From positions 1 to 24,295 of the IMG/VR virus record IMGVR_UViG_3300043414_000270: 24,295 nucleotides of DNA. One strand, given 5' to 3'. The stretch's first letter is position 1; every line of letters starts with the position of its first letter. A program made the position numbers and the translations under genes. Below the pieces are notes generated by a model. It ran no database searches and was not told the DNA's origin. It saw only the letters and a list, made by a program, of their open reading frames with translations. Shown piece by piece: positions 24,206 to 24,295 of the stretch. The stretch comes from a virus (Duplodnaviria > Caudoviricetes).

Positions 24206-24295
24206 CCACATAACTTTGATAGGTGTCGTCATGTGTGCGCTGACCAGCACTTTTACCGTAGGCTATGCCGTAGGTAAAAGAAATAAAAATACTTT

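Noticed and set aside
1-24295. Integrase, repressor, reverse transcriptase/DGR or stop-codon recoding
   Set aside because: No such motifs were seen; genes translate intact with the standard code and pack tightly

Overview
About 24 kb of a tailed dsDNA phage genome, probably infecting a low-GC Actinobacterium. The host call is inferred from WhiB, an Rpf/SLT-like transglycosylase, a split primase and an M15 endolysin. Left to right: (+) HslV-like Ntn protease, small basic proteins, tail genes and a lysis cassette (62-11335); (-) 2OG-Fe(II) oxygenase, HNH and Zn-ribbon genes (11383-12732); (+) replication/transcription module with PD-(D/E)XK exonuclease, helicase, glycosyltransferase, resolvase, split primase, sigma factor and dNMP kinase (12842-18919); (-) putative early arm with WhiB, transglycosylase, small ORFs, class II GATase, amidoligase and a degenerate SprT-like protein (19020-23863), followed by a possible terminal non-coding region. 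The strongest unexplained signal is the palindrome (Y)GTTTAAAC(R). I counted 39 copies by eye where fewer than 1 is expected; 30 lie in 16.8-23.9 kb, inside codons and at gene junctions. By contrast, I found no GATC anywhere. The early arm also carries four 11-bp-phased GTTCAYCT repeats (PHO-box-like), a recurring start-associated motif and a tRNA-like intergenic structure. All counts and family calls are by eye and were not checked against databases.
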